From Octopus sinensis (taxonomy: Eukaryota), in the NCBI RefSeq assembly GCF_006345805.1, contig NC_043009.1:48050001-48114000 (forward strand): a stretch of DNA of 64,000 nucleotides, written 5' to 3'. The notes beneath the pieces are model-generated. The model saw only the letters and a program-made list of their open reading frames with translations, did not search any database and was not told the origin of the DNA. The position numbers were made by a program, and so were the translations under genes. The stretch's first letter is position 1, and every line of letters starts with the position of its first letter. Positions 13,166 to 28,890 of this stretch are shown one piece after another.

Positions 13166-14208
13166 GAATAAGAGGGTGATGGTGTTGATAATAACAATGA
13201 TAATGATGATGATGGACATGGATGCTGATTGATGAGGATGTGTGAAGGATGGAAAGAAATGAGATGTGCTGGCTCTACTGGACATGTGTTGTTAGAGATT
13301 TTCCATTTCCACAGGTTTCTATCACTTGCTTCAATTAGCACTTCTCTAGAGAATGGCAGAGAGTTTATGGATAAGGTGAAGAATATTGTTAACATGTTTC
13401 TTTAGAAGGGACAGTCCCAGGTTTCTTAGGCAAGCTTAACTTATCAATAACTTGTGCCCCCAGAACTGAGCAGTTATAGATTATACAATATGAAATAAAT
13501 ATTTCATGTCATGAAATAAATATTTCATGCTCAAACCATGTGTAAGCAAAACTTGTATTATTTAGCCACGTGCCTTCACATGAGGATAAATAGTTCTCTG
13601 CAAGTAAATGCAGCAAAAGTGTTTCCTGATGATCTATTCTGGTTAAGTAACCAACTGCACTTGAAACATCCAATGCAGATGTGGAGGCACATGGCTAAGT
13701 GGTTATGGTGTCGGAATCATGAGTGCAAGATTGTGGTTTTGATTCCTGAACTGGGCAATATGTTGTGTTCTTGAGCAAAACACTTCATTTCACACTGCTC
13801 CAGTCCACTCAGCTGGCAAAAATGAGAATATCATGTAACAGATTGGCATCCCATCCAAGCTGGGATACATTCACCTGAGAGACCAGGAAATTGACCCTAT
13901 GCTTCTAAAAGAGTAATGTGGACTAACCTAAACAGCAATGACTACAACTAAAGCAAAATCCTCACAATGCAACACCATTAATTTAAGCTTTATATATAAA
14001 GCAGCAAGATGGCAGAACCATTAGCATGCCAGGCAAAATACTTAGCTGCATTTCATCCCTCTGTATGTGCTGAGTTCAAATTCTGCTGAGGTCAGCTTTA
14101 CCATTCATCCTTTTGGGATCAATGAAATAAGTATCAGTTGAGCACTGGTACCCCCACCCCAGAAATTATTGGCCTTGTGTCAAAATGTGAAAATAATATA
14201 AGCTCTAT

Positions 14209-14512
14209 GTTGTTGTTCCTACTTGAGCCATGCCTGGCTCATAAGGGCTGGTTTCCCAGTTTCCTTGGCATATAGGTTCCGCACCTGGATGGGACACCGG
14301 TCCGTTGCAGGTGAGCTACAAGATACAGGAGGAAAGAGTGAGAGAAAGTTGTGGCGAAAGAGTCAGCAGAAGTTCCTCATTACTTTCTGCCGGAGCTGCA
14401 TGGAGCTTAGGTATTTCACTCATAAACACACATATTGCCCGATCTGAGATTCAAACCCACGATCCCTCGACCGTGAGTCTGCTGCTCTAACCATTAGGCC
14501 ATGTGCCTCCAC
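14209..14512 (-). mobile_element. tRNA-derived SINE with (AAC)n tail and 14-bp TSD
   Basis: Head GTGGAGGCACATGGCCTAATGG. TSD AATATAAGCTCTAT at 14195-14208 and 14513-14526. Confidence 0.85.
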
Positions 14513-15469
14513 AATATAAGCTCTATAGACAAACAAAAATATTTTGCAGTTTCCTCATTCTTCTTCATTAATTTCAAGATATTTAATATTTTCATTTGAT
14601 TTTTATTTGTTGTTTTTATTATTTTTATGCTGCTGGTGCTTAACTCCAAGAAATCAATATTCCACTATTTTAGCCTCAGAGAAATGAACTCTCCTCCTTC
14701 TGCTTATTAACCAAAATTCCCTCCCCCGCCAACCACAATCACCAGCAACCTCACCACCATCCTCCACTCCCATGGATACTGTTTGAAACAAGAACAGACA
14801 AACCATTTTTATTGTTAAAACTTCCTATTATATTCTATTCAATAAAAATCGACAATTAATTCTTAAGCTTGGAATACTAGAAAATATTCTTATATTTTAA
14901 AGAATTAAATAGCAAATTTGCTATTTGTTTTTCTTGTTTGCTTGTCACTTTTTATATTTTTATCTTTATTTTATTTGAATGTTTTTTTTTGTTTTTAGTT
15001 GGTAGTGTTGAGTGATGGTGGTGATAGTGGGGGTTTTCTTTCTCATTATTTATTTTATTTATATTAATTTAATTATTTCAGGTAAATTCATTATTGCCAA
15101 AACTTCATGCAGAAATGACAGTTATTGATCACAGAATATTTAAAAAAAAACAAACAAAACAAAAGAATAATTAAAATAAATTAAAAAATATAAATGTCTT
15201 TCAGCATACATTCTTCATCAAAAATTTTAAAATATTTTTTGTTGCTTTTCATGATTTTATTTTATATAAAATTCATTTTTTGGTTTATTTATTTATTTAT
15301 CTATTTATTAACTCAACCTCTACTCTATCCCAATACTGCACCAACATATTTATGTTGATTTATGAAATTTTCATTTCATTCATTTCATATACTATTCTAT
15401 TCTTTTTATTTTCTTCTACTTCTTCTCTCCTTTCTTTCCTTATCAAACAAACTTAAACATACACTAACT

Positions 15470-15474
15470 CACAC

Positions 15475-15552
<78 letters not shown>

Positions 15553-15726
15553 TGTGTGTGTATATACTGACACACGCACAGATATTAAAATGCAAACATT
15601 CACACATACATACAACACAGTTAATTTTACATACATATACATAAGCATTCACATAATTTAAACCCTATTATCTCCCTTATACAAACTACACAACGTATAG
15701 CTATCTATGTCACATCTACCTCTAAT

Positions 15727-15762
<36 letters not shown>

Positions 15763-15965
15763 TACATATTTATACACACACACAAGTGATGGGTAAAGGG
15801 AGTAACAGACCAAGCTTGTAGAAAGTTGTATGTATGTATGCATGTGTGTGTGTATGTGTGTGTGTGTATATATGTATATATCTATATATATATATACATA
15901 AATACATATATATATATATATCTATATATATATATACACACACACATCTCTCTCTCTATATATAT

Positions 15966-16022
<57 letters not shown>

Positions 16023-16167
16023 CATACATATATATATATATATATATATGTGTATATATATATATATATTATATATATATACATATATATACACATACAT
16101 ACATACATACATATATATATATGCTAATAATATGTAGAATGTATATGTGAATGCATATATGTGTATA

Positions 16168-16206
<39 letters not shown>

Positions 16207-16742
16207 CGTGCGCGTGTGAATGGGTGTGTGTAATATATACATATATATGTATACGCTCCTACACACTCACAGATCTCTCACTTCCTTCTCCCTTCAGTTT
16301 ATCACTGTCCATATTTTATTGTGTAAACAAGATTTCATTACTAACGAGAGCCCTAAATGGCTTTTTGACAATTCCTGTTTTATATATATATAGTAAACAC
16401 ATTAGCAACAACTACATACACTAAACACACACACATACACACATACACATACAGAAGCACACACATATATCATTGAATGAATTGCTACAATATACATATA
16501 AACAAAACTCTAATATATCCCTATGCATCTTGTGTGTGTGTGTGTGTGCGCATGAATGAGTGCTTTATATTATCACCCACACATGCAGAACACATACACA
16601 TATATATATACACACATACACTCATGAATACACCATGGTGTATCTTTATACTAAAGTATTATTATATGAATGAATATATGAATGCATATATATATACATA
16701 GATACATGCATACATACATACATACATACATACATACATACA

Positions 16743-16793
<51 letters not shown>

Positions 16794-17198
16794 GTGTGTT
16801 TGTGTATGTGTGTGTGTGTGTGTATGTATATATCTATATGCGTGTGTGTGAGTGTGTATATATATACACATACATATACATACATATGTATGTGTCTGTG
16901 TAAGAACATACATATATATATATAAGAATACGTAAAACAATTTTTGTTGTTGTAATTGTATATGTATATACATATGTGTGCATATGTGTATGCATCTATA
17001 GATACACATATACATACATACATTACATACAATACATACATGCAGCATATATATATATATATACGTTGCATACATACAAACATACATACATACACGCAAG
17101 CATGCATATATGTACATACATACAAAACCACACATACATATATTTGCAATAACAACAACAATACTATCACAAAACCAAAAATAACAATGATAATAATG

Positions 17199-17229
<31 letters not shown>

Positions 17230-17560
17230 GAAGAAGAAGAAGAAGAAGAAAAAGAAGAATAAAACACCCTTGAGCCATCAACTGGCTTGTAAGAAGGAGA
17301 ACAAGAAGAGGAAAAAGAAAAAGAAGTAACGGAAAGAAAAGGAGAAAATGAAGAAAGATATGAAAAAACAAGCGAGAAAGGAAAATAATGAATAAGAAGA
17401 ATAAGAATAATAAATTGAAAGAAAAAAATATATTGAAGCTGAAGGAAAATATAAAGAAAAAGAAAAGGAAAAAAAAAAGTAGATGCAAAACAGAAAAAAA
17501 AAAGAAAGAAGGAGAAGAAGAGGAGTAAATGGAGATAGGAAAAGAAAAATAATTAAGAAG
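15470..17560. repeat. Compound microsatellite field (TA)n/(CA)n/(TACA)n/(AAT)n/(AAG)n
   Basis: Direct reading. Explains the YI/HT-rich ORFs in the track. Confidence 0.95.
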
Positions 17561-17939
17561 AAGATATTAAGTGCCAATAATTCTTCAGCTTGTGTTTCAG
17601 TACAATCATTTAGTCTATTAAGATGTCAGTGGAATTTCCTGAAGATTGAGACAATAAAACTTTTGGTTCTTCTGATGAAGAATTGTTTTATGAGAGATGG
17701 TTGATGGAATCATTATTGCTTTCATTCCTCTCTCATCACTTTAAGTTGTTTGAGATTTGATACGTAGGTATAGAGGCTGGTATAGCTGAGTGGTTAAGAA
17801 GCTGGGTTCTTAACTATAAAGTGGTGGTGAGTGTGTTTCTGGCTCAAGTCTACCAAGTGGCGTTTTGGGCAAGTTCTTTTTTTTTTTTGTTCCTTTTCCC
17901 CATAACCTTGGGTTAACACATGCATTGTGGGTGAATTTT

Positions 17940-18765
<826 letters not shown>

Positions 18766-18814
18766 GGAAAACAAGTCAAGATAGAAAATGCTAAAATAAT
18801 TTTATAAAGAACAT

Positions 18815-18854
18815 TTCAGTACCGGTTTCAATCATTGAGACTTTTTCAACTGTA
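18815..18854 (-). ncRNA. Minimal type-I hammerhead ribozyme motif (U3:A8 variant) in a Penelope-like remnant
   Basis: Minus strand reads CAG TTGAAAA AGTC tcaat GATT GAAAC CG GTA CTG. Helix I is short (3 bp). Confidence 0.55.
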
Positions 18855-18967
18855 ACAATTAAATAATTAAATTTAGAAAAATTAAAAGAAAAGTTTTTTT
18901 TTAAAGAATATTTGTATAGTGTTCAAATACAAGTGGCATTTTCCTTGTTTCTGCCTGCCTCTGTCTC

Positions 18968-19124
18968 TATTTTAACGTGTATAAGGAACCCCTTTTTTGT
19001 CAAAAATTATGTTAAAAAAATATGGGTGTTTCTTATACATGGATAGTATTATTATCACTTACAAAATCTTTTCTCCAAATTTTAAGCCCCAAAATTTAGG
19101 GGGTTCCTTATACACGTTAAAATA
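18968..19124. mobile_element. MITE with perfect 25-bp inverted repeats (Tc2/pogo-like)
   Basis: TATTTTAACGTGTATAAGGAACCCC (18968-18992) pairs with GGGGTTCCTTATACACGTTAAAATA (19100-19124). Confidence 0.75.
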
Positions 19125-19444
19125 TGATATATATATATATATATATATAAATGTACCCTCATCATCATCATTTAAAGTCTGCTTTCCATGTGAGCAAAAG
19201 TTAGATTATTTGATAGGAGTAGGTGAGCCAGAGGACTGAACCAAGATATGTATATATGTAGCTTCAGGGTACAATTGAGGAAGGGTGAAAGAGAGGCAGA
19301 CAGAGAAAATCCTGGTTTAACAACATGAAAGACTAGACAGGTTACAACACAATGAACCTGCTATACATGGCGATGAATGACTATGAAAGCCAATGATTGG
19401 CTGCATCAGTTAAGGGATCTTGATGGTGAGGATAATGATTATAT

Positions 19445-20040
19445 ATCATCATTGTCATCATTTAACGTCTATTGTCCATGCTGGCATGGGTTGGACGGTT
19501 TGATCAGGGCTGGTAGGCTGGAAGGCTGCACCAGACTCCAGTCTGATTTGGCATGGTTTTCTACAGCTGAATGCCCTTCTTGATGCCAACCACTCTGAGA
19601 CTGTGATGGGTGCTTTTACATGCCACTGGCACAGGTGCCATTTGTGTGACACTGGTATCTGTCATGATTGCAATTTTGCTTGGCTTGATGGGTCTTCTTC
19701 TCAAGCACTCCATAATGCCAAAGGTTTCAGTCATTGCCTCTGTGAGGCCCAACACTCTAAAGGAACTCAGTCACTTTGCCTCCATGAGGCCCAACGCTCA
19801 AAAGGAACTCAAGCCACTTTGTCTTCATGAAGCCCAACACTTGAAAGGATCTAGGGTTACTTTGCTTCTGTGAGGCCCAGGCCTAATGCTTGAAAGGAAC
19901 TCAGCCACTTTGCCTCTGTGAGGCCCAACACTCAAAAGGAACTCAGCTACTTTGCCTCTGTAAGGCTCAATGCTTGAAAAGAACTCAGCCACTTTGCCTC
20001 CATGAAGCCCAATGCTCCAGCGGTGCTCTTTACGTGTCAC
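19445..20040 (-). mobile_element. RTE-related 3' end carrying an internal 42-bp tandem repeat (~7 units, 19735-20015)
   Basis: Unit TGCCTCTGTGAGGCCCAACACTCAAAAGGAACTCAGCCACTT. Its reverse complement includes the RTE LGLTEAM coding stretch. Confidence 0.8.
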
Positions 20041-21154
20041 CAATATGGGGGCTGTAAATCTGTTAGGTAAGGCATTTTCTTTCCAGCCACATGGTTCCAG
20101 GGTTCAGTACCAACAGTATGGCATTAGGCCAGGGCTAAATAAAGTAAAGCCTTGTCATTTTGTGAATGGATTAGGTGGATAGAAACTAAAAGAAGTCTGC
20201 CATATACTCTCTCTCTCTCTCTCTCTCTCTGTATATATATATATATATATTATATATATATATATACATACCGGGCTTCACATGCTGTGCTTGTGAAGAC
20301 CTATTGAGCAGAGTGAAATTGCAGTCATGGCCGATGCCAGTGCCATCTGACTGGCACCCATGTCGACAGTATGTAAAAAGCACCATTTAAGCATTGGGCC
20401 TTGTGGAGGCAGTGACAGGTGACCGAGACCTTTGGCAATATGCCATGATGTGTAGACATGTCAAGCCAAGTGAGACCATTGTCATGTCTGATGGTAGTGT
20501 CAAGTAAATAGCACCTGTGACAGTAGCACATAAAAAGACACCCACTACACTATCAGAGTGGTTAGCATTAGGAAGGGCATCCAGCCATAGAAAACTTGTC
20601 AAATCAGATTGGAACCTGGTGCAGCCACTCCTAATGGACAACAATTAAATGGAACTGCATTATTGATTGACTACCTGCTGGGAATATGTACAGGTTCAAG
20701 CCTTGACTCAGAAGAAAAATGCGGAATATGTGCATAGAAGAGATCAAGAGGATGGTCAATGAATAATGATGGGATAGCAGCATTATTTCTACTCTTAGAA
20801 ATTACTGCTAGCAGCAACAAAAATCCCCTTATTCTACATTGTGTCATGTATTTCTGGCATCAAATTTTGACATTGTTCTTTGCGTAATTTTGGTGCCACA
20901 GCTCGTGAGCTGAAACTAGATAAAATAAATTTAAAAAAATAAATAGTTCACAGTGTTGTAGTAGAAGCTGCCATCTGTCTCACTACTATACAATCTCATT
21001 TGACTATGACAAAGCTATAGACATGCCTTCAGTTCATCACCTTATCACTTCCACCCCATGCCAACTCATTTCACCACCTCTTCAAATATAAATATACCCT
21101 GAACTTACTATTTTATTTTTCTTCAACATGTTTACTAGGCTGCAGCCTACCCTG

Positions 21155-21650
21155 CTAACAATATTTATACCTGTAACAAGCATTACACAATGTTCACATC
21201 TGCAACAGGCTTTTAACACCTGCTGCAAACCTTATACAATATGTACACCTGTAATAAGCATTACACAATGTTCACACACGCAACAAGCTTTTAATAATAT
21301 TCCTGCCCGTAGCTAAGTATTAAATAATGTTCACACCTGTTGTGAACCTTACAAAATGTTTACACCTGTAATAAACAGGAAGCAATGTTAACACTTTCAC
21401 CAAGCTTTTAACAATATTCACACATGTTACAAACACTAGCCAATGTTCACACTTATAACAAAACTTACAATCACACCTGTAACAAGACTTACACTATCTT
21501 CACACCTGTAATGAGACATTATATTTTTTCTTTATTTCCTATAAAAGGTTACATAGAGGGGACAAACAAGGACAGACAAGGGACATATAGTGGTCTTTAC
21601 ACCTCTAATAAAACTTACAATATGTTCACACCTGTAATAACACTTACATA
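21155..21650. repeat. Degenerate ~29-bp minisatellite (ACAATGTTCACACCTGTAAYAAGCATT-like)
   Basis: About 15-16 diverged units, interrupted by a SINE tail fragment at ~21525-21590. Confidence 0.7.
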
Positions 21651-21695
21651 AGCAATCTCAGTCATTATGAATCATAAGAAAAAAATATTCCTTAC

Positions 21696-21911
21696 CTACG
21701 ATGATCCATATGAAGTAAAACAGAGAGATTATGTCACCCAGCACTTTGAACCGTTTCTTGTACCTTATGTCTGTGAAAAAGCGGATTTCTTTATCTAAGG
21801 TGAAATAGTTGAATAAGGAATACATTATGAAGAGTGACAAGGTGCAACCATTTATTATGGTGAATACTGGCACGAAAACTTGTCCTGGACAGGAATGGCA
21901 GAAGTAACTAC
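21696..21911 (-). CDS. TMEM272: TMEM272-like gene, coding exon 5, TM2-TM3 (SYFCHSCPGQVFVPVFTIINGC...LFYFIWIIVG)
   Basis: cgttacag acceptor, 216 nt open, TAG|gtaagg donor, phase 1-1. G-x5-CP-x4-P-x5-G and F-x-W-x3-G patterns match the TMEM272 family as I remember it (CP..pyIPiyLiVgG; FaWFIaG). Confidence 0.9.
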
Positions 21912-22070
21912 CTGTAACGAGATGAAGAGGAAGGAGAAAACAAAGAATAAAAAAACAGTCTGTTTTAGTAGAAGCAACACAACAGTAACAATACCAGCAT
22001 AACCACCACCACCACCACCACCACCACCACCACCATCATCAACACCACAGCCTCCACAACAACAGCAACA

Positions 22071-22470
22071 GTGGAGGCGCAATGGCCCAGTGGTTAGGGC
22101 AGTGGACTCGTGGTCGTAAGAACACGGTTTCGATTCCCAGACCGGGCATTGTGAGTGTTTATTGAGCAAAAACAGCTAAGCTCCATGAGGCTCTGGTAAC
22201 CCACTATGGTGTGGTAAACTTTCAGACCCTAGTCTAGATTGCGAATCCTCTGTACCCCAGGATGGTTCAACTCTCCACCTGTGAAAAGCCACCATTTATG
22301 GAATGAGGATAACAACGTAGCTTTCGTGCCTGTGCAACCACCAGTCTATCGCATGTGGTGGGTGGATCTTCAAGTTGCCACACGCATTCTTAGTAGCTTA
22401 GAGTGGGCTTGAATTAGAGATTATTCTTCGTGGCTAATGGCGTGAGTCCTGATTGGAAGAAGAAGAAGAA
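22071..22470 (+). mobile_element. SINE with the same head as 772-1162 but a different body and an (AAG)n tail
   Basis: GTGGAGGCGCAATGGCCCAGTGG head is shared to ~22195, followed by unrelated sequence. Confidence 0.7.
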
Positions 22471-23450
22471 GAACAACAACAACAGCAACAAGGGAATACC
22501 TATGTGGTTGGTTAACATGTTAGAGATAACAGTTGAATTTTCCTTTAAATCTCACTCGTCTGTCTTGGATAAAGATGGGGCATAATAACTGCCCATAGTA
22601 CTACAAAGACGAGATTGTCACTATTGGAGTATCTTTGATTTGTCATTGATTTGCTCAATCAGGGTTGACCTGTTGGATAAACTTTTACAATTACCACTAC
22701 TACTATGATGATGATGATGATGTTGGTGATATTAATGATGACCACCATCACCACTTGGGTAACAATCTAACTATAGAACCCTATGCTCATCAGTGGTAGC
22801 TGATATGAAATGGAATATGGTGACTGCTCTTTATTGATGAAAGGGATATCCTCTACCTGGTCCCTATAATCATTTTTTCACAGCAACCACAAACCAGAAT
22901 TGTCCTTTCACCTCCAACAATAGAGAGTACTTGCCATATTTCATTCCATATTCGCTACCTCTGATGAGTGTAGGGTTATATAATCAGATTGTTACCAAAC
23001 ACTCTGTTGCACCCCTAGCGTGAAACTGATTGGTAATATCAGCCATGATGAATATATAATACTGTACATTTTGGATAATATATTCACTCTATTGACAGAT
23101 ATACGAGTGCATTTTCCCTGACTTAAAGACTTTTAGAGGACATGTATATACATATATATATAAATAATAAAAGGGTAAAATTTATTAATTAAATTAATTA
23201 ATCAATCAATCAATTAATTAATAATTTCACCAAGTAGCTTGGTACATTAACCTTTATAGGTGAAGTTACACAAATTTTTTATAATTATAAACATAATTAT
23301 AATTAGGGTTCAGCTAATTGCTTCACCACATACCGAATTTAGAAATAGGAGTTAAGATTCCTTTTCTACTACTATAAGAATCTCTATGACTGTAACATAC
23401 TCTTTTAGGAAAGCAAAGAGAAAAACAATGAATCAACATGGCCAGGATTA

Positions 23451-23513
23451 ACTATATATGCGTTTCGAGAGTAAAGTGATTTAAATTTTATTTACTTCTC
23501 TCTTCAGTATAAT
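23451..23513 (-). ncRNA. Type-I hammerhead motif (Penelope-like remnant), cleavage triplet altered
   Basis: Minus strand reads ATTATA CTGAAGA GAGaAGTAAA..TTTACTCTC GAAAC GC ATA TATAGT. A G>A change disrupts the helix III pairing. Confidence 0.55.
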
Positions 23514-24347
23514 ATTTCCAATTTTATACAATTTGAAAGTGCTAGCACTGAATATGCTCACAATCGAGTGACATCATGTTACATGATGTTGTTTGATCGT
23601 GGGCATATTTATATGTCCCAACCCTAAGGTTGTGGTCATACTATATATATATCATCATCATCATCATTTAGCGTCTGCTTTCCATGCTAGCATGGGTTGG
23701 CCGGTTCAACTGGGGTCTGGGAAGCCAGAAGGCTGCATCAGGCCCAGTCTGATCTGGCAATATTTCTACGGCTGGATGCCCTTCCTAACGCCAACCACTC
23801 CGTGAGTATAGTGGATGCTTTTTATGTACCACCGGCACAGGTGCCAGATGGGATGGCAAACGGCCACGGTTGAATGGTGCTTTTTACATGCCACCAGCAC
23901 GGGGGCCAGGCGAGGCTGGCAACGGCCACGATCGGATATATATCTATATATATATACACACACGCACAAATACATATGCATTCATATATATATAATATGC
24001 TATGCACAAAATTTGACATAGTTTCAGACAAACTAGTTCTTTTCATATTATTTTATTATATCTGTTGAACAAACAAGCAAACAAACACACAACACTTTCT
24101 TTATTCCTACTGCACCCAGCAATACAGCTTCTGCCTATGACAGCATGGGCAAAATATTCACTTTTTCCACCTGCATTTTTTAAAGTTCCGGTGCTTTCAC
24201 CAATGGCGTCTCAAGACCAACCATGAAAGAAAATACCATAAAATAAAGTCATGGAAGGAGTAAAATGTGTCATAGTTGTTGATTTCTTAGAACTTAGTTT
24301 TTATTTATATATATGGACTTATGCACACACACACTCACGCACACATG

Positions 24348-24397
<50 letters not shown>

Positions 24398-24458
24398 CAT
24401 ATATGTATGTATATATACATCTACATACATAATAGATTTGTGTATATGTATACATATT

Positions 24459-24489
<31 letters not shown>

Positions 24490-24639
24490 CTACCATATAT
24501 ATATGATACATACCTACCTACATATTATACCGTACATACATATCTGTACACCATACAGTATTTATGTATATCATACATACATACTCTATCTATCCGTTTT
24601 CCTCCCTCCATCCCCTTCTCTCATCTCTCTAATATATCT

Positions 24640-25100
24640 ATATATAAAATGCTACATAGCTCATCAACTGGAGTTTTTTGTTGGTCGCTCCTCAACTGCA
24701 CTCCACACTGAATAATTAAACGTTTTGCAGTCTGGGGAACCTACACCTTCCTGCCAGATTGTCCTTACCCATGATGTGGTCCTCGGAAAATTGTCTGACG
24801 TCAACTGGTGTCCAACTCTTTGTGTGGCATATCAGATCCCTGTTCTTAGACATACGGACCTCTAGCAGCCACCCTTTTGATCCACAGCAACACACCTTCT
24901 CCATCGCACTGACGTATCCCTCCATGTGGGAAATGATGGAAGCCTAGCATTGCATCACTATTGATCAACTTCCAAACACATGATGTTGCGTTTGATGTTT
25001 TTGATTTTTATCACTCTTGGTACAATGTCTCAGATGTGACACCAACCCCAGAACTGGTTGTATTAGATCCCACAGTACCCTGCCAAGCAAAACAACATGT
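24640..25100 (-). pseudogene. Decayed Tc1/mariner-superfamily (DD37D/maT-like) transposase fragment
   Basis: Frameshifted minus-strand peptides EGVLLWIKRVAARGPYV*EQ, CHTK...FSEDHI and PDCKTFNYSVWSAVEE resemble maT-type W..RVAAGRPYVWQQDSAPCHT...SPDCNPLDYYVWGAVE (from memory). Confidence 0.65.
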
Positions 25101-25288
25101 CCGTTTCTAAATTTCTGCGCAGACGGAATTGGTGCATGGTACTGTGTTCTTGCAGATGCTGCTCTACTGACCCTATCTTACAATACTAGTAGCGACAGAA
25201 TCAGAGACAGTGTGCATGACAGATTAAAATATAATGCTAGGGCATCAATGTTAACCATCACATGATGATATGATGATATATATATATA

Positions 25289-25321
<33 letters not shown>

Positions 25322-25699
25322 TATATATTATATCTATATTACTATCTCTTATCTCTCCTATATAATATATATATATATCTACTAAATTTTTTTGTCTACA
25401 CACACACACACACAAACATATTATATAGTAAGTATATTCAGATGATGTGTCAACAGACACAAGATATATAATAGTGTGCATCTGTAGGTGTGCTTTGTGT
25501 GTGTATGTCTGTAGCAGTTTTTTATCATAGCACTTTTGGAGATTAATATTTAAATTTGTCGGAAGAGTCTGGTCAAACATGCTGAGACAGTCATCAGGAA
25601 ATCTGTTGCAGACCATTATGAGACAACAGATTCTTTGCACAACATATTCTTTGAATTGGCATACTGATATTTTTTATAGAAACTGACTATTATATGCTA

Positions 25700-26245
25700 T
25701 GAAGATCTGACACACGCACATGCACACATGAACATATATGATATATTACTTTACAAAAAATCTATATATATATAATAACACAAACATATATATATATATA
25801 TGATATATATATATATATATATACGTATATATATATATATATACGATATATATATCTATATATATATTTATATTACACACACATATATACACACATATAT
25901 ATATATACATATATATACACATATATATTACATCATATATACATACTTATACATCTATACAATACACATCTGATATACATCTATATTATATATTACATAC
26001 ATACCATATATACATCTATATCTATACATATATATATATACATACATATATACATCATATTACATACATATACATACATTATATATATCATATATACATA
26101 CATATATATACATACATTGACATATACATATATATACATATATACATACATTATATATACATATATAATAGACATAAATTTTTATATATACATATATATA
26201 CTTACATATATATAATTACATACATTATTACATATATTATATATA

Positions 26246-26285
<40 letters not shown>

Positions 26286-26732
26286 ATATATTATATATAT
26301 ATATAGATATAATAGATATAGATGTACTCATTTTTTCTTTTATTTGGTTCGGTTCAGTCATTTGACTGCAGTCATGCTGGAGCACTGCATTTAGTTAAGC
26401 AAATAGACCCCAGGATTTATTCTTCGTAAACCTAGAACTTATTCTATCATTCTCTATTGTTGAACCACTACGTTACAGGGATGTAAACACACTAGCATTG
26501 GTTGTCAAGCGATGTTGTGGGGATAAACACAGACACGCAAACATAGTCATACATATATATGTATATATATATACATATATACACACATACATATATATAC
26601 ACATATACATACATATATACATCCATATACATACATGCATACATATATACATGTATATTTATACATATACATATATATATACATATATATATATACATAC
26701 ATATATACATACATATATATGCATATATATAT

Positions 26733-26771
<39 letters not shown>

Positions 26772-27037
26772 CATACATACATATATATATACATATATAT
26801 GCATACATATGTATATATGTATACATACATATGTATATATATACATACATATGTATATATATGTATATATATACATACATATATTATATATACATATGTA
26901 TATATATACACATACATATATATATATACATATATATGTATATTATACACATACATATATATATGTATATATATATATATATATATAATATATATATATA
27001 TAATACATACATACATAATATCTCTATATATATGTAC

Positions 27038-27068
<31 letters not shown>

Positions 27069-27167
27069 CATAAATACATACATATATATGTATATATATA
27101 CATATACACACATATATATACATACATACTTATATTCATATATACATATATATACTCATATGTATAT

Positions 27168-27219
<52 letters not shown>

Positions 27220-27495
27220 GCGCAATATATATATATATATGTAATACTTATATATATATATAGTGAAGTAGAGCCAACAGAAAGAGTGAATTCTTCTTTT
27301 TAAATATGTGGTTTATTGCTGGAGGTGTTGTCAGTGTGCATTCGACTTCTTTTCTTCCTTCTTGCTTCTGTTCACTCTTTAGTTCTATGTTTCTACCTTT
27401 CCATTTCCCATCTCAGTCAATCTATTGCATTCTTTGCCTCAATACACTTGTACGTGTGCTTTGTGTGTCTTCTCGATCGCATGCATGGATGCACG

Positions 27496-27539
<44 letters not shown>

Positions 27540-28890
27540 CATACACACACCCGTCTATTTACTTGTAATTTATATATCTCCCTTTGCATATCTCTTTTTC
27601 ATTATCCACACTCATGCATAAACACACACCGACAGACACAGACACAGACACACACACACATGTATATTTATTGTATATGTATGTATATATATATATATAT
27701 TTATAAATGTATTAATGTATAATGTATATACAAATGTCTTTATACCCACATATACATATATACATATATACATACATGTATACATACACATACATACACA
27801 TACATACATATTCATACATATATGTGCATATACACGTTCAGAAGCACATTATCAATATGTGTATGTATGTATGTATATACATATATATATTCATGGACAT
27901 ATATGTGTCTGTCTATTTACCTGTCTGCTTCAGATGAATCCCTTAATTCTGTGTGTGTGTGTGTGTTAGTGTGTATGTGTGTGTTAATGTGTGTGTGTGT
28001 GTGTGTGTATAATTTTATATCTATGTACATTTGTCAATACACTATATTTCATACGTATTGATACAGTTTGAGTGATTACTCAGTTATCTTTTTCCTTTCT
28101 TGTCTACTTCCATTTTGTGTGTGTGTATGTATGTGTATGAGAGATTGTATACATAAATGTGTGTGTGTGTGTGTGTTTGAGTGATGGTATGTATAAGTGT
28201 GTATGTGCTTGCGATTATGTGTTCCTATTGGTAGACTACATTCAATATTCGCTGTTCACCTGCTGGAATCATTGAAACTCTGCTAAAGAAGAATTAGTGA
28301 AGCATGGCTGTATCTATGGAATCAAAAAGTTTGTAGCATACTTAGGAATTACACAAAGTTTTTGAAGAACATAGTGACTATTTCACTTATTCATTCATTT
28401 ATATATGTATATATATATGTATATATATGTATATATATATATATATATATTTATAGTGTGTGTGTGTATAAATATATATACATGTATATATATATATCTA
28501 TATATACATGTATATAAATAAACATATATATACATGTATATAAATAAATATATATACATGTATATAAGTAAATATATATATACGTGTATATAAATATCTA
28601 TATATATGTGTGTTCTTAAATATCTATATATACGTAAATATAAATATATATCTATATATATATATGTGTGTGTTTGTTTATAAATATATATATATACACA
28701 CATGTATATAAAAAAATATATATGTATGTATAAATATATACATATATATATGTATATATACATGTATATGTATGGGTGTGTGTATATATATATATATAAT
28801 ATATATGTATATATATATATGTGTATATATATGATTATATATGACATGCATATATATATAAGTCTATATAGATTAATGTACATGCATAAC
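25700..28890. repeat. ~3-kb (TA)/(TACA)/(CA) microsatellite field with embedded SINE fragments
   Basis: Direct reading. Confidence 0.95.

Noticed and set aside
15060-15088. Plus-strand tttcag|gtaaat recursive-splice-like site
   Set aside because: It is antisense to the only supported gene, and I found no plus-strand exons.
27306-27345. Plus-strand MWFIAGG, resembling the TMEM272 WFIAG motif
   Set aside because: Opposite strand to the gene, no splice sites or further similarity. Probably chance.
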